Assembly: GCA_964409615.1 (NCBI GenBank)
Contig: CAYPDT010000004.1
Span: forward strand, 11,949-75,948
Length of the DNA stretch: 64,000 nt
Direction of reading: 5' to 3'
From: an uncultured Candidatus Saccharibacteria bacterium
GTDB taxonomy: Bacteria; Patescibacteriota; Saccharimonadia; Saccharimonadales; AWTP1-31
Part shown: positions 1 to 8,099 of the stretch, piece by piece
How positions within the stretch are numbered: position 1 is the first letter of the stretch
How the letters are laid out: every line of letters begins with the position of its first letter
The notes under the pieces: model-generated
Databases searched by the model: none
The model's input: only the letters and a program-made list of their open reading frames with translations
Told to the model about the DNA's origin: nothing
Translations under genes and position numbers: made by a program

Positions 1-106
1 TTAGTTGTCGCAGAATGGTTTCTTTGATTTTGGTTAGTGTTTCTTGGTCGGCAACAATGTTGAGTGTTGCACTGGTCTCGTTGGTGTAAGTGAGTTTGAT
101 TTGCAT
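1..106 (-). CDS. 5' end of a CDS running off the window start; possibly trigger factor N-terminus
   Basis: ATG at 106-104 opens MQIKLTYTNETSATLNIVADQETLTKIKETILRQL with no stop before position 1. The pattern resembles trigger-factor N-termini. Only 35 codons are visible. Confidence 0.35.
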   Translation of the reverse strand, partial: MQIKLTYTNETSATLNIVADQETLTKIKETILRQL

Positions 107-168
107 AGTTCACTAGTATACAGCCAAATAACAGATATGGCTAGGTGTTCACTAATGACAAACTGTAA

Positions 169-1476
169 TTATTTGTTTCGTTCGTCTAGAATCAGACTAA
201 TTATCCGCTCGGGGCTCAGTGTTTGCTCAGTCTCGGCTTTTAGGTCTTTAAGGTTGAACTGATTGTTGACGAGTTCTTCTTCACCTACAAATAATGCGTA
301 GCGTATACCTTTTTTGAGAGCACTTTTAAGTTTGTTGGCAGGCTTTCGGTCAGTATCGTCAACAGCAACACGCAGGCCTTCTGCACGAAGAGTTTCTAGT
401 AGTTTCTGGGTCGGTTTGTAGATATCACCGATTAATATGACGTATAGCTCAGTCTCGACCTGCATAGGTATGTTGAGACCATGAGATTCTAGGAAGTTCT
501 GCAATGTCACGTCGCCCCAGCCAAAACCGGCTGTTGGTACCGGGTCGACACCAAATAGGCCAACAAGACCGTTGTAGCGGCCACCGCCCATCATTGAGCG
601 ATTATTCTGGGCATCGGTATCAGCAATCTCGAACACTACCCCAGTGTAATAGTCGAAGCCACGCATGATGGTGATGTCGAACTGGGCATTTGTAATGGTG
701 GAATCTTGTAGCATTTCGAGAAGTTCAGTTAATTGTTGAGCTGCTTCGGAGTCACGGACGTATTCAGGCAGGTCAACTATTCTCTTTGCACATAGAATTT
801 CGAGTAGCTTTTCGCTAGCTCCTGACTCTTTTTGAGAGGGCGTAAACATTGCGTCTGCTTCGGCTACGAAAACCTCGTGAGGAATCTTCTCTATGCGGTC
901 GATAAGCTTGGACAAGGTGTATGACTGTACACTATCCAGGCCCAGATAGTCGGACATAATGAAGTCCATTAGTTGCCGACTGTTTATGCGGATGACGTAC
1001 ATATCGCGCTTAGCGCCAAATTCCTTTAAAAGGGAGTCGGCGATAACGATAAGCTCATGCTCAGCAGCTAAGCTATCAACTCCAAAGATATCGACATTGA
1101 GTTGCCAGTGTTCTCGGAGCCTTCCTCGTTGTGGACGTTCATAGCGCCATAAGTTAGGAATGCTATACCAGCGCACGGGATAGGCCAATTCTTGTCGTTT
1201 TCCGGCTACCATGCGGCTGACGCTTGGGGTCATCTCTGGCCTGATGACAACCTCACGGCCACCACGATCGGTAAAGGTGTAAGTTTGTTCATTTACTATT
1301 TCTTCGCCAGACTTCGCTTTGTACAGTTCGAGGCTTTCTAGGATAGGTGCGTCATACTCTTCGTATCCGAATCGTTCGACAACACGCCGCATGGTAGTAA
1401 ATAGATACTTCTGTAAACGCTTATCTTCGGGGTAGAAGTCACGCGCTCCTTTGTAGGGTTGTGTAGATAGTGCCAT
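169..1476 (-). CDS. hisS: Histidine--tRNA ligase
   Basis: 435 aa. Class II aaRS motifs (GARDFYPED, RYERPQRGRLREHWQLNVDIFG, GGGRY) and a C-terminal anticodon-binding domain. Confidence 0.95.
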   Translation of the reverse strand: MALSTQPYKGARDFYPEDKRLQKYLFTTMRRVVERFGYEEYDAPILESLELYKAKSGEEIVNEQTYTFTDRGGREVVIRPEMTPSVSRMVAGKRQELAYPVRWYSIPNLWRYERPQRGRLREHWQLNVDIFGVDSLAAEHELIVIADSLLKEFGAKRDMYVIRINSRQLMDFIMSDYLGLDSVQSYTLSKLIDRIEKIPHEVFVAEADAMFTPSQKESGASEKLLEILCAKRIVDLPEYVRDSEAAQQLTELLEMLQDSTITNAQFDITIMRGFDYYTGVVFEIADTDAQNNRSMMGGGRYNGLVGLFGVDPVPTAGFGWGDVTLQNFLESHGLNIPMQVETELYVILIGDIYKPTQKLLETLRAEGLRVAVDDTDRKPANKLKSALKKGIRYALFVGEEELVNNQFNLKDLKAETEQTLSPERIISLILDERNK

Positions 1477-1487
1477 ATAGTGCCTTA

Positions 1488-2156
1488 TTATACCTTGTTC
1501 GCAGTATTTATGCGTACGAATGAACGTCTATCGGGCAACTGGCTGCCATCTCCTGGTTCACAAATAAGACCTCCGATGCGACGACCTGCGGCCACCATTT
1601 GTGGTGTAATGGTGCGGTAAGCTACAAAACTATTTTGTAGCCGTTCTGCAAAGCCAGTGACCATCGAAGAGAAATTCACCAGGTTACCAGTTGGTCGAAC
1701 TTGTTTATCGGCGAAAACTTCATCGACCCAAATAAACTGCTCGGGTAGATTTTCTTGTAGCCATGGTTCCATAGCGGGATTGTTAGCATATTTTTCGGTA
1801 GCGATTGTGCGGGCGTCGCTCACCCATGCTAAGGCGGCCACCGCAATACGATTATCTACCATTTCGATATACCAATCAGTTTCTTTAGCCGCGGCAATGG
1901 CTGTGAATTTTTCGACGAGTGCCTCGGTGGTGTAGGCTGGCTGCAGCGTACATTGGTTACAATCGGTACATAACTGGCCGATTGGGAGTGGCGACAGTCC
2001 GTCATTACACTGGCTATCGGCTAAGTTGGGCTGACGGCAGGTGCTCACTTCGTACCAGGGTTCTCCGGCAAAGGCGGTCTTGTATACCTCGCCTATATCA
2101 GGGTATAGTTCGGCAATTTGTTGTGGACGGTAAAAACCATCAATAATATTTTTCAT
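1488..2156 (-). CDS. Hypothetical protein with Cys cluster (CTDCNQC); possibly GNAT-like fold
   Basis: 222-aa ORF, 11 bp upstream of hisS on the same strand. Five Cys within residues 40-69, including CxxCxxC. The AFAGEPWYE segment is reminiscent of some acetyltransferases. No firm family assignment. Confidence 0.6.
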   Translation of the reverse strand: MKNIIDGFYRPQQIAELYPDIGEVYKTAFAGEPWYEVSTCRQPNLADSQCNDGLSPLPIGQLCTDCNQCTLQPAYTTEALVEKFTAIAAAKETDWYIEMVDNRIAVAALAWVSDARTIATEKYANNPAMEPWLQENLPEQFIWVDEVFADKQVRPTGNLVNFSSMVTGFAERLQNSFVAYRTITPQMVAAGRRIGGLICEPGDGSQLPDRRSFVRINTANKV

Positions 2157-2227
2157 ATTGTTCTTTCTTGTTCTGAGCTCCGAACAGCAGGTTCGGTTAA
2201 ATAATTAGTTATAGAAATTGATTACAT

Positions 2228-2252
2228 AAAAAACGCCGGGCAATCCCGGCGT
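2228..2252 (-). terminator. Intrinsic terminator-like hairpin with its U-tract on the minus strand, upstream of ORF222-hisS
   Basis: acgccggg-caat-cccggcgt: 8-bp GC-rich stem, 4-nt loop. The A6 run at 2228-2233 gives U6 after the hairpin on the minus strand. The plus-strand T-run is displaced by atgg. Confidence 0.6.
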
Positions 2253-2339
2253 ATGGTTTTAGACTACGCTAAAAACTAACCGAGTTGCTCCGGCGCAATA
2301 TGTAGATGTGTTCGGTTAATTTTAGTTAACATAGCGTGC

Positions 2340-2368
2340 ACTGTAGCATAACTGTGGTCAAAATTCAA
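2340..2368 (-). promoter_or_regulatory. Candidate sigma70-type promoter for a minus-strand leader or sRNA
   Basis: Minus strand reads TTGAAT-17 nt-TACAGT. Confidence 0.35.
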
Positions 2369-2375
2369 ATAGTAC

Positions 2376-2404
2376 TTGCTTACGCTAGTCTGCCGGAGCA
2401 TAAT
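2376..2404 (+). promoter_or_regulatory. Candidate promoter of the 2435 membrane-protein gene
   Basis: TTGCTT-17 nt-CATAAT, followed by an AGGAG SD 6 nt before the ATG at 2435. Confidence 0.45.
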
Positions 2405-2434
2405 GCGAGGTAAGTAAAATTAACAGGAGTTCGT

Positions 2435-3193
2435 ATGAACGAAAAACCAACCGAGACCCCAGTAACTAATCCACAGCCTTCAGTGGCGCCGGTAACACCT
2501 ACGGCCACAGCCAAGACTCAGCCAGTAAGTGCTTTTTCGCTAATATCAAAAAGCTGGGAAGCCGTACAACGTAACATTGTAGTATTTGGAATCTTATTTA
2601 TCCCAACTGCAATCAGCACTATCCTTGGGCTTATTAATAGTAAGGGTAGCGAAAAGAGCTTCACTGCAGCTTTTAATTCAGTTGGCAACGGCCCTACTGC
2701 CTCACTTGCGGGTTTTGTGGGTGGTATCGCTGTAGTAGGACTAATCTTGTTCGTAGTTGGTGTTGTGGTGCAAGCACTGTCCGTAGTCGCTCAGTTGCGA
2801 GCTTCAGAAGGAAAGACTGTAAGCTTTGGACAAGTTTGGGATGAGGGTAAGAATTACATCTTGCGTATTCTAGGGCTCAGTATCGTGACAGGTATTTTAA
2901 TTTTGCTTGGCTTTATCTGTCTGATTGTGCCTGGTGTTATAGCCCTCCGAAGATACTTCTTGGCCCCTTACCTACTGGTAGATAAGAATCTCGGCATCGG
3001 TGAGGCTATGAAGCAAAGTGCGGCAATTTCTAAACCATTCTCTGGCTCAATCTACGGCGTTATTGGAGTAACTATTCTGCTTTCACTAACGGGTATCATC
3101 CCTGTAGTAGGTTCAATTATCGGAGCCTTGGCAGGTGTTGTGTATTCAGTAGCACCAGCACTTCGCTACCAAGAACTCAAAAACGTCGCTTAA
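2435..3193 (+). CDS. Polytopic membrane protein, unknown function
   Basis: 252 aa. Pro/Thr-rich N-terminus, then about 5-6 hydrophobic helices. Good SD and a terminator downstream. Confidence 0.8.
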   Translation: MNEKPTETPVTNPQPSVAPVTPTATAKTQPVSAFSLISKSWEAVQRNIVVFGILFIPTAISTILGLINSKGSEKSFTAAFNSVGNGPTASLAGFVGGIAVVGLILFVVGVVVQALSVVAQLRASEGKTVSFGQVWDEGKNYILRILGLSIVTGILILLGFICLIVPGVIALRRYFLAPYLLVDKNLGIGEAMKQSAAISKPFSGSIYGVIGVTILLSLTGIIPVVGSIIGALAGVVYSVAPALRYQELKNVA

Positions 3194-3214
3194 TAGCACC
3201 GTATTTTGGCTAAC

Positions 3215-3241
3215 AAAACAGCTCCTTTCGGAGCTGTTTTT
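3215..3241 (+). terminator. Rho-independent terminator
   Basis: aaaacagctcc-tttc-ggagctgttttt: perfect stem plus T-tract, 22 bp after the stop. Confidence 0.8.
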
Positions 3242-3265
3242 AGATGACCATTGCGATACAATGCA

Positions 3266-3649
3266 ATGGTGAAACAAAACGCTTCTGCTAAAAAATCTCG
3301 ACTTTTTATATTTAAAGAAATAGCTCTAGCCGTTCTGGCCGCCATTAGCCTAGGAACAGTGATTGTTGAGCTGCTTAGAGGCCTAAATAGCCAAGAACTC
3401 CGCCTATTAAACCGCATCGACTTCACTATCGCCTGCATTTTCTTGGTCGACTTTATAATAGAGATGTATCAATCTAAGCAACGAAATGTGTACCTAAAGA
3501 AAAACTGGTATCTTTTGCTTGCCGCCATACCGCTAACCGATACTATAACCGATGCACTGCGTGGGCTGAGGCTTTTAAGACTGTTACGTTTGATTCGTGC
3601 TGGCGAACACATAGATATTGGCTATCGCTCTACCAAACAAAAAACCTGA
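3266..3649 (+). CDS. Ion-transport-family voltage-sensor domain only (S1-S4, no pore)
   Basis: Four hydrophobic segments. S4 is LRGLRLLRLLRLIRAG, with five Arg at every third position. Acidic counter-charges sit in S2 (FLVDFIIEMY) and S3 (IPLTDTITD). The ORF stops about 20 aa after S4. An alternative TTG start lies at 3251. Confidence 0.7.
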   Translation: MVKQNASAKKSRLFIFKEIALAVLAAISLGTVIVELLRGLNSQELRLLNRIDFTIACIFLVDFIIEMYQSKQRNVYLKKNWYLLLAAIPLTDTITDALRGLRLLRLLRLIRAGEHIDIGYRSTKQKT

Positions 3650-3670
3650 CACGGGGCCAGGTACTTTGCT

Positions 3671-3755
3671 TGGTGCGGATGAAAGGACTTGAACCTTCAC
3701 GCCTTGCGGCACTAGCTCCTAAGGCTAGCGTGTCTACCAATTCCACCACATCCGC
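3671..3755 (-). tRNA. tRNA-Leu (anticodon UAG), CCA encoded
   Basis: Reverse complement is GCGGATGTGGTGGAATTGGTAGACACGCTAGCCTTAGGAGCTAGTGCCGCAAGGCGTGAAGGTTCAAGTCCTTTCATCCGCACCA. 7-bp acceptor stem, anticodon loop CUUAGGA, long variable arm, GGTTCAAGTCC T-arm. Confidence 0.92.
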
Positions 3756-3777
3756 GTGGAGAGTAACAGATGACATT

Positions 3778-4314
3778 CTATGACATTTTGCGGTAAAAAG
3801 CTAGAGTTGCATCGCCATATTGTTTGTCGGCTACCAGCTCGAAGATATCTTTGGGTAATCGGATGTCACCATGAGGTGGTAAAGACAAAATCATCAGGCC
3901 GCCGACCTTAGTGTGTTTAGCGAGTTTTTCAATGACGGTCTCTTGTATTTGGTTGTACGGAGGATCACAAAACACTAAATCGAATCGTTCGGTATTGTTG
4001 CGGTACGACCAAGACCGTGCGTTGATATGCATGAGGGTGGTCTGTGGTTCTAGTCCAAGTTTGGTGATGTTGCTAAGGATGATGTCGTAGGCATCGCGGT
4101 CTATTTCTAATATAGTAGCGTGCTGAGCGCCACGACTTAGGGCTTCAAATGAAATAGCACCACTGCCACCGAAGGCATCAAGGATAGTGAGGCCTTTGAT
4201 ATCTCCAAGTGTATTGAATAAAGCGGTGCGTACTCTATCGCCCATAGGATGAGTGGCGAAGCCTTTTGGGGCGTCAAATTGTCGGCTACCGAGTTTTCCG
4301 GCAATGATTCTCAT
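3778..4314 (-). CDS. rsmD: 16S rRNA (guanine966-N2)-methyltransferase
   Basis: 178 aa. MRIIAGKLGSR..., DAFGGSGA SAM motif and the DPPY catalytic motif. Confidence 0.9.
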   Translation of the reverse strand: MRIIAGKLGSRQFDAPKGFATHPMGDRVRTALFNTLGDIKGLTILDAFGGSGAISFEALSRGAQHATILEIDRDAYDIILSNITKLGLEPQTTLMHINARSWSYRNNTERFDLVFCDPPYNQIQETVIEKLAKHTKVGGLMILSLPPHGDIRLPKDIFELVADKQYGDATLAFYRKMS

Positions 4315-5126
4315 GATCGCTTGCGAGACTCCACGAGCGCACAGTACCAGGCTAACGAAACAGTTTTGATGATACTAGGTAGTAGTTTTTTTCGAATATC
4401 CATAGATAGCTTGGTAGTCCAGCCTTTTTCGTAGTAGCGAGTATATAGATCCATAACGGCAATCTCGCGGGCTGTCTGCTTGAAGTATTCACCAATGCCA
4501 AGGTCTTGCATGCGGGCAATATCTTCTTTTTGAGGCTGACTTTCAACGAATGACAGCGGCGCAATAAGGGCTGCAATGCCTATTTCAAATAGGCCGTGAG
4601 TGGTCATGAGGCCTTTTGGCCCCCACATTTTCCAGTTGTTTTTGACTTGTTCGCGCCGCGTCTCACCGGGGAGTACGAGTTTGTCTTTAACTGTAGTTCG
4701 GGTCTCGATGCCTTCACCCCCGCGTAACTCGTTGAGTTTTTCTTCGTACGGAAAATGGTGTGCTGGTGTTAATCCGTCTACGATAGCGTGAGCCAGCCAG
4801 GCAGCTTCGAAGGATGCACGTTCTTGCTCTTTATCTTTGAGCGCATTCACCAGAATGGAGTAATGAGACTCAATGAGGTCTATCAAAGCCGTGTCTTCAT
4901 CGTCAAACGGATTGAAGTAATGCCATGGCTCGTTAACCGCTGGGCTCTTACGCTTGATACCATCAGGACCATTCTTGCCTTCGAAATGTAATATTCGCTT
5001 AGAAGTTGGAAAAGCGGTGTTTTTGACCCCAAGTTGCCGCAGATTTTTGCGAGCTACGCGATCAATTTTTTGGTGTGCACCAATAACCCTGCCCGACTTA
5101 ACGGTCAATGTCGTACCTGAGTACAT
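4311..5126 (-). CDS. Zinc-dependent phospholipase C / P1-nuclease-like protein (tentative)
   Basis: 271 aa. WHYFNPFDDED and AWLAHAIVDGLTPAHH resemble the HFYDP and LHYLGDxxxPMH zinc-ligand segments of bacterial PLC. ATGA overlap with rsmD. Confidence 0.5.
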   Translation of the reverse strand: MYSGTTLTVKSGRVIGAHQKIDRVARKNLRQLGVKNTAFPTSKRILHFEGKNGPDGIKRKSPAVNEPWHYFNPFDDEDTALIDLIESHYSILVNALKDKEQERASFEAAWLAHAIVDGLTPAHHFPYEEKLNELRGGEGIETRTTVKDKLVLPGETRREQVKNNWKMWGPKGLMTTHGLFEIGIAALIAPLSFVESQPQKEDIARMQDLGIGEYFKQTAREIAVMDLYTRYYEKGWTTKLSMDIRKKLLPSIIKTVSLAWYCALVESRKRS

Positions 5127-5150
5127 TAGAATATTCTCTGTTTTAGCATG

Positions 5151-7190
5151 TTAGTTTAAGGTGGTTATGGCACGCAAGCTTTGCACGCGTGTCGCCAGAT
5201 ACTTATATTGTACCAGGCTTTGGTTGGTATCGATAAAATGTTGTGCAGCTTGGCGCGCAATAGCAATAAGCTTGCTATCTGATAATTTGGCGATTCGCAG
5301 GTCTAGTTGCCCGTGCTGAAACGTACCATAAATTGCACCCGGGCCACGCAGTTCGAGGTCTAATTCACTCAGTTTAAATCCGTCGTTGGTTTGCGCAAAA
5401 GCACGGAGACGTTTGGTTGGCGACTTGGAGTCACTGAGTACTGCGTAGCAATACCCTTGGTGCTCGCTCCGGCCAACTCGGCCACGCAACTGATGTAGCT
5501 GTGCAAGGCCAAAGCGGTCAGCATTTTGGATTATCATAGCAGTGGCGTTGGGCACATCAACCCCCACTTCAATAACGGTAGTACTAATAATCATGTCATA
5601 TTTTTTATCAATAAAGTCTTGCATAACACGGGCTTTTTCATCACCCTTCATCTTGCCGTGTAACAGGCCAACAGTACGATGTTTGAAAGCACCAAGTGAC
5701 AATTCTTTGTATAGTTGCTCGGCAGATTTAACATTTTTGAGTGCAATTGAGTCACTGACTAATGGGCAGACGACAAATATTTGTCGGCCTTGCTCAATCT
5801 GTTTGTCAATCTTACTGTACAGAGTATTGACTGAGTTTGGCGAAATTAACTCAGTAATAATTGGTAGTCGATTGCTTGGCTTGGTACTGATAACTGAAAT
5901 GTCGAGTTCACCATATAGTGTCAGGGCTAGGCTGCGAGGGATGGGCGTTGCTGTCATAGACAAGACGTGGGGCATGTGGCCGGCTTTGACCTGTAGCTTT
6001 TTACGTTGCTCGACGCCGAAGCGATGTTGCTCGTCGATGATAACCAGACCAAGCTTATGAGTGTCGACACTGTCTTGTATGAGCGCATGGGTACCTACTA
6101 TAAAGCGAACATCGCCGTTTGCTACTCGTGCCCGGACTAAATCTTTTTGTTTTGGCTTCATACTGCCGACAAGCAAAGCAACTTGCCCTTCGTAGCCAAG
6201 CGGTTGCAGCAGGTTATAGATTGTTTCGGCGTGTTGACGTGCTAATAGCTCGGTAGGAGCCATAAAGGCAGCCTGGTAGCCCTGCTCCATTGCCATTAGT
6301 GAAGCCATGGTAGCTACCACAGTTTTGCCCGACCCTACGTCACCCTCTACCAGGCGATTCATAGGCTCGCCACTCTGCATATCTTGATAGATTTGCCATA
6401 CCACACGTCGTTGATCATCTGTTAGTGTGAAAGGTAGATGACCGACGAATTGCTTAGCAAGCTCTTTGTTGAATGGTACTGGGAGGGCTTGGCCTGCGTT
6501 ATTATCTTGCTTAGTCAGTAAGGCGCTCAGTGTTAGTTGGAACACCTCTTCGAATCCCAACCTGTGTCGGGAGTCATAGAGTATTTTGGCTGTATCTGGA
6601 AAATGCAAACCAAGGATTGCGCTGCTGCGACTTAACAGCTTCTGTTCAGTAACTATCCACTCGGGTAACGTTTCGGGAAGTTTAGAAATAAACGGTGCGA
6701 TTTGTTTGATGGCGCGCCGTATCTGTGCCGACTTTAAACCCTTAATCTCCCGGTATATCGGAACGATTCGAGCAGTGCTGACTGGAAAGTCGCTGGTTTG
6801 TTCGGTGCTTGGGTTCATGATGGCCATCTTTTGATGACTAAGCTCAAAGTTGCCCGAAATAAAATATTCTTGGCCGCTCTTCATGCTGTTAGCACGATAT
6901 GGTTGATTGAACCAGACGAGCCGTACACTCCCTGTTTTGTCGCTGGCCACCGCCTCGGTTATGTGTATGCCTCGCCGTACGTAGCGGCCGGTAACTTGCT
7001 TGATAACTGCCTGAACTGTAACCATGCCTGGCTTAAGGGCGACGATATTTGTTACTTGTGAAAAATCATCGTACTTACGGGGATAGTAATCAATTAAGTC
7101 ACCAACTGTAAAAATATTGAGTTGCTCAAATAGCTTTGCTATTGCTGGCCCAATGCCTTTTACCTCAGTCAGAGAACTGCTTAAAGTCAT
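5151..7190 (-). CDS. recG: ATP-dependent DNA helicase RecG
   Basis: 679 aa. OB-wedge N-terminus, helicase motifs GDVGSGKT, DEQHRFG, QLRGRVGR. Confidence 0.95.
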   Translation of the reverse strand: MTLSSSLTEVKGIGPAIAKLFEQLNIFTVGDLIDYYPRKYDDFSQVTNIVALKPGMVTVQAVIKQVTGRYVRRGIHITEAVASDKTGSVRLVWFNQPYRANSMKSGQEYFISGNFELSHQKMAIMNPSTEQTSDFPVSTARIVPIYREIKGLKSAQIRRAIKQIAPFISKLPETLPEWIVTEQKLLSRSSAILGLHFPDTAKILYDSRHRLGFEEVFQLTLSALLTKQDNNAGQALPVPFNKELAKQFVGHLPFTLTDDQRRVVWQIYQDMQSGEPMNRLVEGDVGSGKTVVATMASLMAMEQGYQAAFMAPTELLARQHAETIYNLLQPLGYEGQVALLVGSMKPKQKDLVRARVANGDVRFIVGTHALIQDSVDTHKLGLVIIDEQHRFGVEQRKKLQVKAGHMPHVLSMTATPIPRSLALTLYGELDISVISTKPSNRLPIITELISPNSVNTLYSKIDKQIEQGRQIFVVCPLVSDSIALKNVKSAEQLYKELSLGAFKHRTVGLLHGKMKGDEKARVMQDFIDKKYDMIISTTVIEVGVDVPNATAMIIQNADRFGLAQLHQLRGRVGRSEHQGYCYAVLSDSKSPTKRLRAFAQTNDGFKLSELDLELRGPGAIYGTFQHGQLDLRIAKLSDSKLIAIARQAAQHFIDTNQSLVQYKYLATRVQSLRAITTLN

Positions 7191-7219
7191 GTGACTACTA
7201 TACCAGCAAGCATTTGACT

Positions 7220-7260
7220 AGCTATACAACTTACAGCTTACTTTTTAGGTTTGTATAGCT
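7220..7260. repeat. 10-bp perfect inverted repeat (agctatacaa ... ttgtatagct) between the methyltransferase stop and the recG start
   Basis: Read directly. 21-nt loop, no U-tract. Confidence 0.4.
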
Positions 7261-7264
7261 TTTC

Positions 7265-8041
7265 TTACTGGGCTTTTCGAATAACCAAGAAGGTGCTGGG
7301 CCCAAAGAATGACTTGGCCAATGGTTTCTGCATGACTTTTTCAAAGCTGAGCATTACAGCCTGTGGTAAGACTTTTTTAATCCCAGGGCTGCGAAGGTTT
7401 GATACAGACAAGATTGACTCTACTTTGAGACCTTCGTGGGCAAGCTGCTTGATTACTGTGCGGGGGTTATGGTTCACGAAAGCAATCTCATCTTTGGTAC
7501 GGTTCTTCTTAGAACGGATGTCTACAGGTTCGGTCGGTAACTTTTCGCCTTTTAAGAAATGTCGCACACGGTTGAGAGCGTGGGTGTAGTTAGCGATTTC
7601 GAGGATAAAGTAGGCATCGTCAGTCATTACACGTTTAATCTCAGAAAATTCGGTAGTTGGGTCTGGCAGGTGGTGCATGACTCGAATCATCGTAATTAAA
7701 TCGAGTGACTTGTCTTTGAATTTGAGGTCATCGGCTTGAGTCAGAACCATATCAATACCCTTTTGATTCTTGAGAAAATCCTTTCCGATATCAAGTTGCT
7801 GCTGACTTGGCTCGGCCAGGGTTACTTGCTCGGCATAGTCTTTTAGAAATACACATAGGCGGCCATAGCCACCACCTATATCTGCGGCGTGCTTGAAGTG
7901 TTTGCCTTTGAGTAGTCGTCGGAGTGCTATGCGCTCTGATTCGTTTTCGTAATCTCGACCATCCCAATAGCGGAGGTAGTTATGTTTTTCATCATTATAT
8001 TGATCAGCGACCTTTTTGGTCTTGGTTTGTGATTGAGCCAT
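7265..8041 (-). CDS. Class I SAM-dependent methyltransferase
   Basis: 258 aa. DIGGGYGR glycine-rich SAM motif with a following acidic loop. Confidence 0.85.
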   Translation of the reverse strand: MAQSQTKTKKVADQYNDEKHNYLRYWDGRDYENESERIALRRLLKGKHFKHAADIGGGYGRLCVFLKDYAEQVTLAEPSQQQLDIGKDFLKNQKGIDMVLTQADDLKFKDKSLDLITMIRVMHHLPDPTTEFSEIKRVMTDDAYFILEIANYTHALNRVRHFLKGEKLPTEPVDIRSKKNRTKDEIAFVNHNPRTVIKQLAHEGLKVESILSVSNLRSPGIKKVLPQAVMLSFEKVMQKPLAKSFFGPSTFLVIRKAQ

Positions 8042-8099
8042 CTATTCCCTGTCTATTTGTTTACTGGTTTAAATCTAATATATAGTACGACGCGTTGAG

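Noticed and set aside
2157-2434. T-box riboswitch upstream of the hisS operon.
   Set aside because: No T-box consensus (AAUUAGGGUGGUACCGCG-like), no UGGN bulge and no AG-bulge or distal-loop motifs could be found on the minus strand. It is kept only as an unclassified leader candidate.
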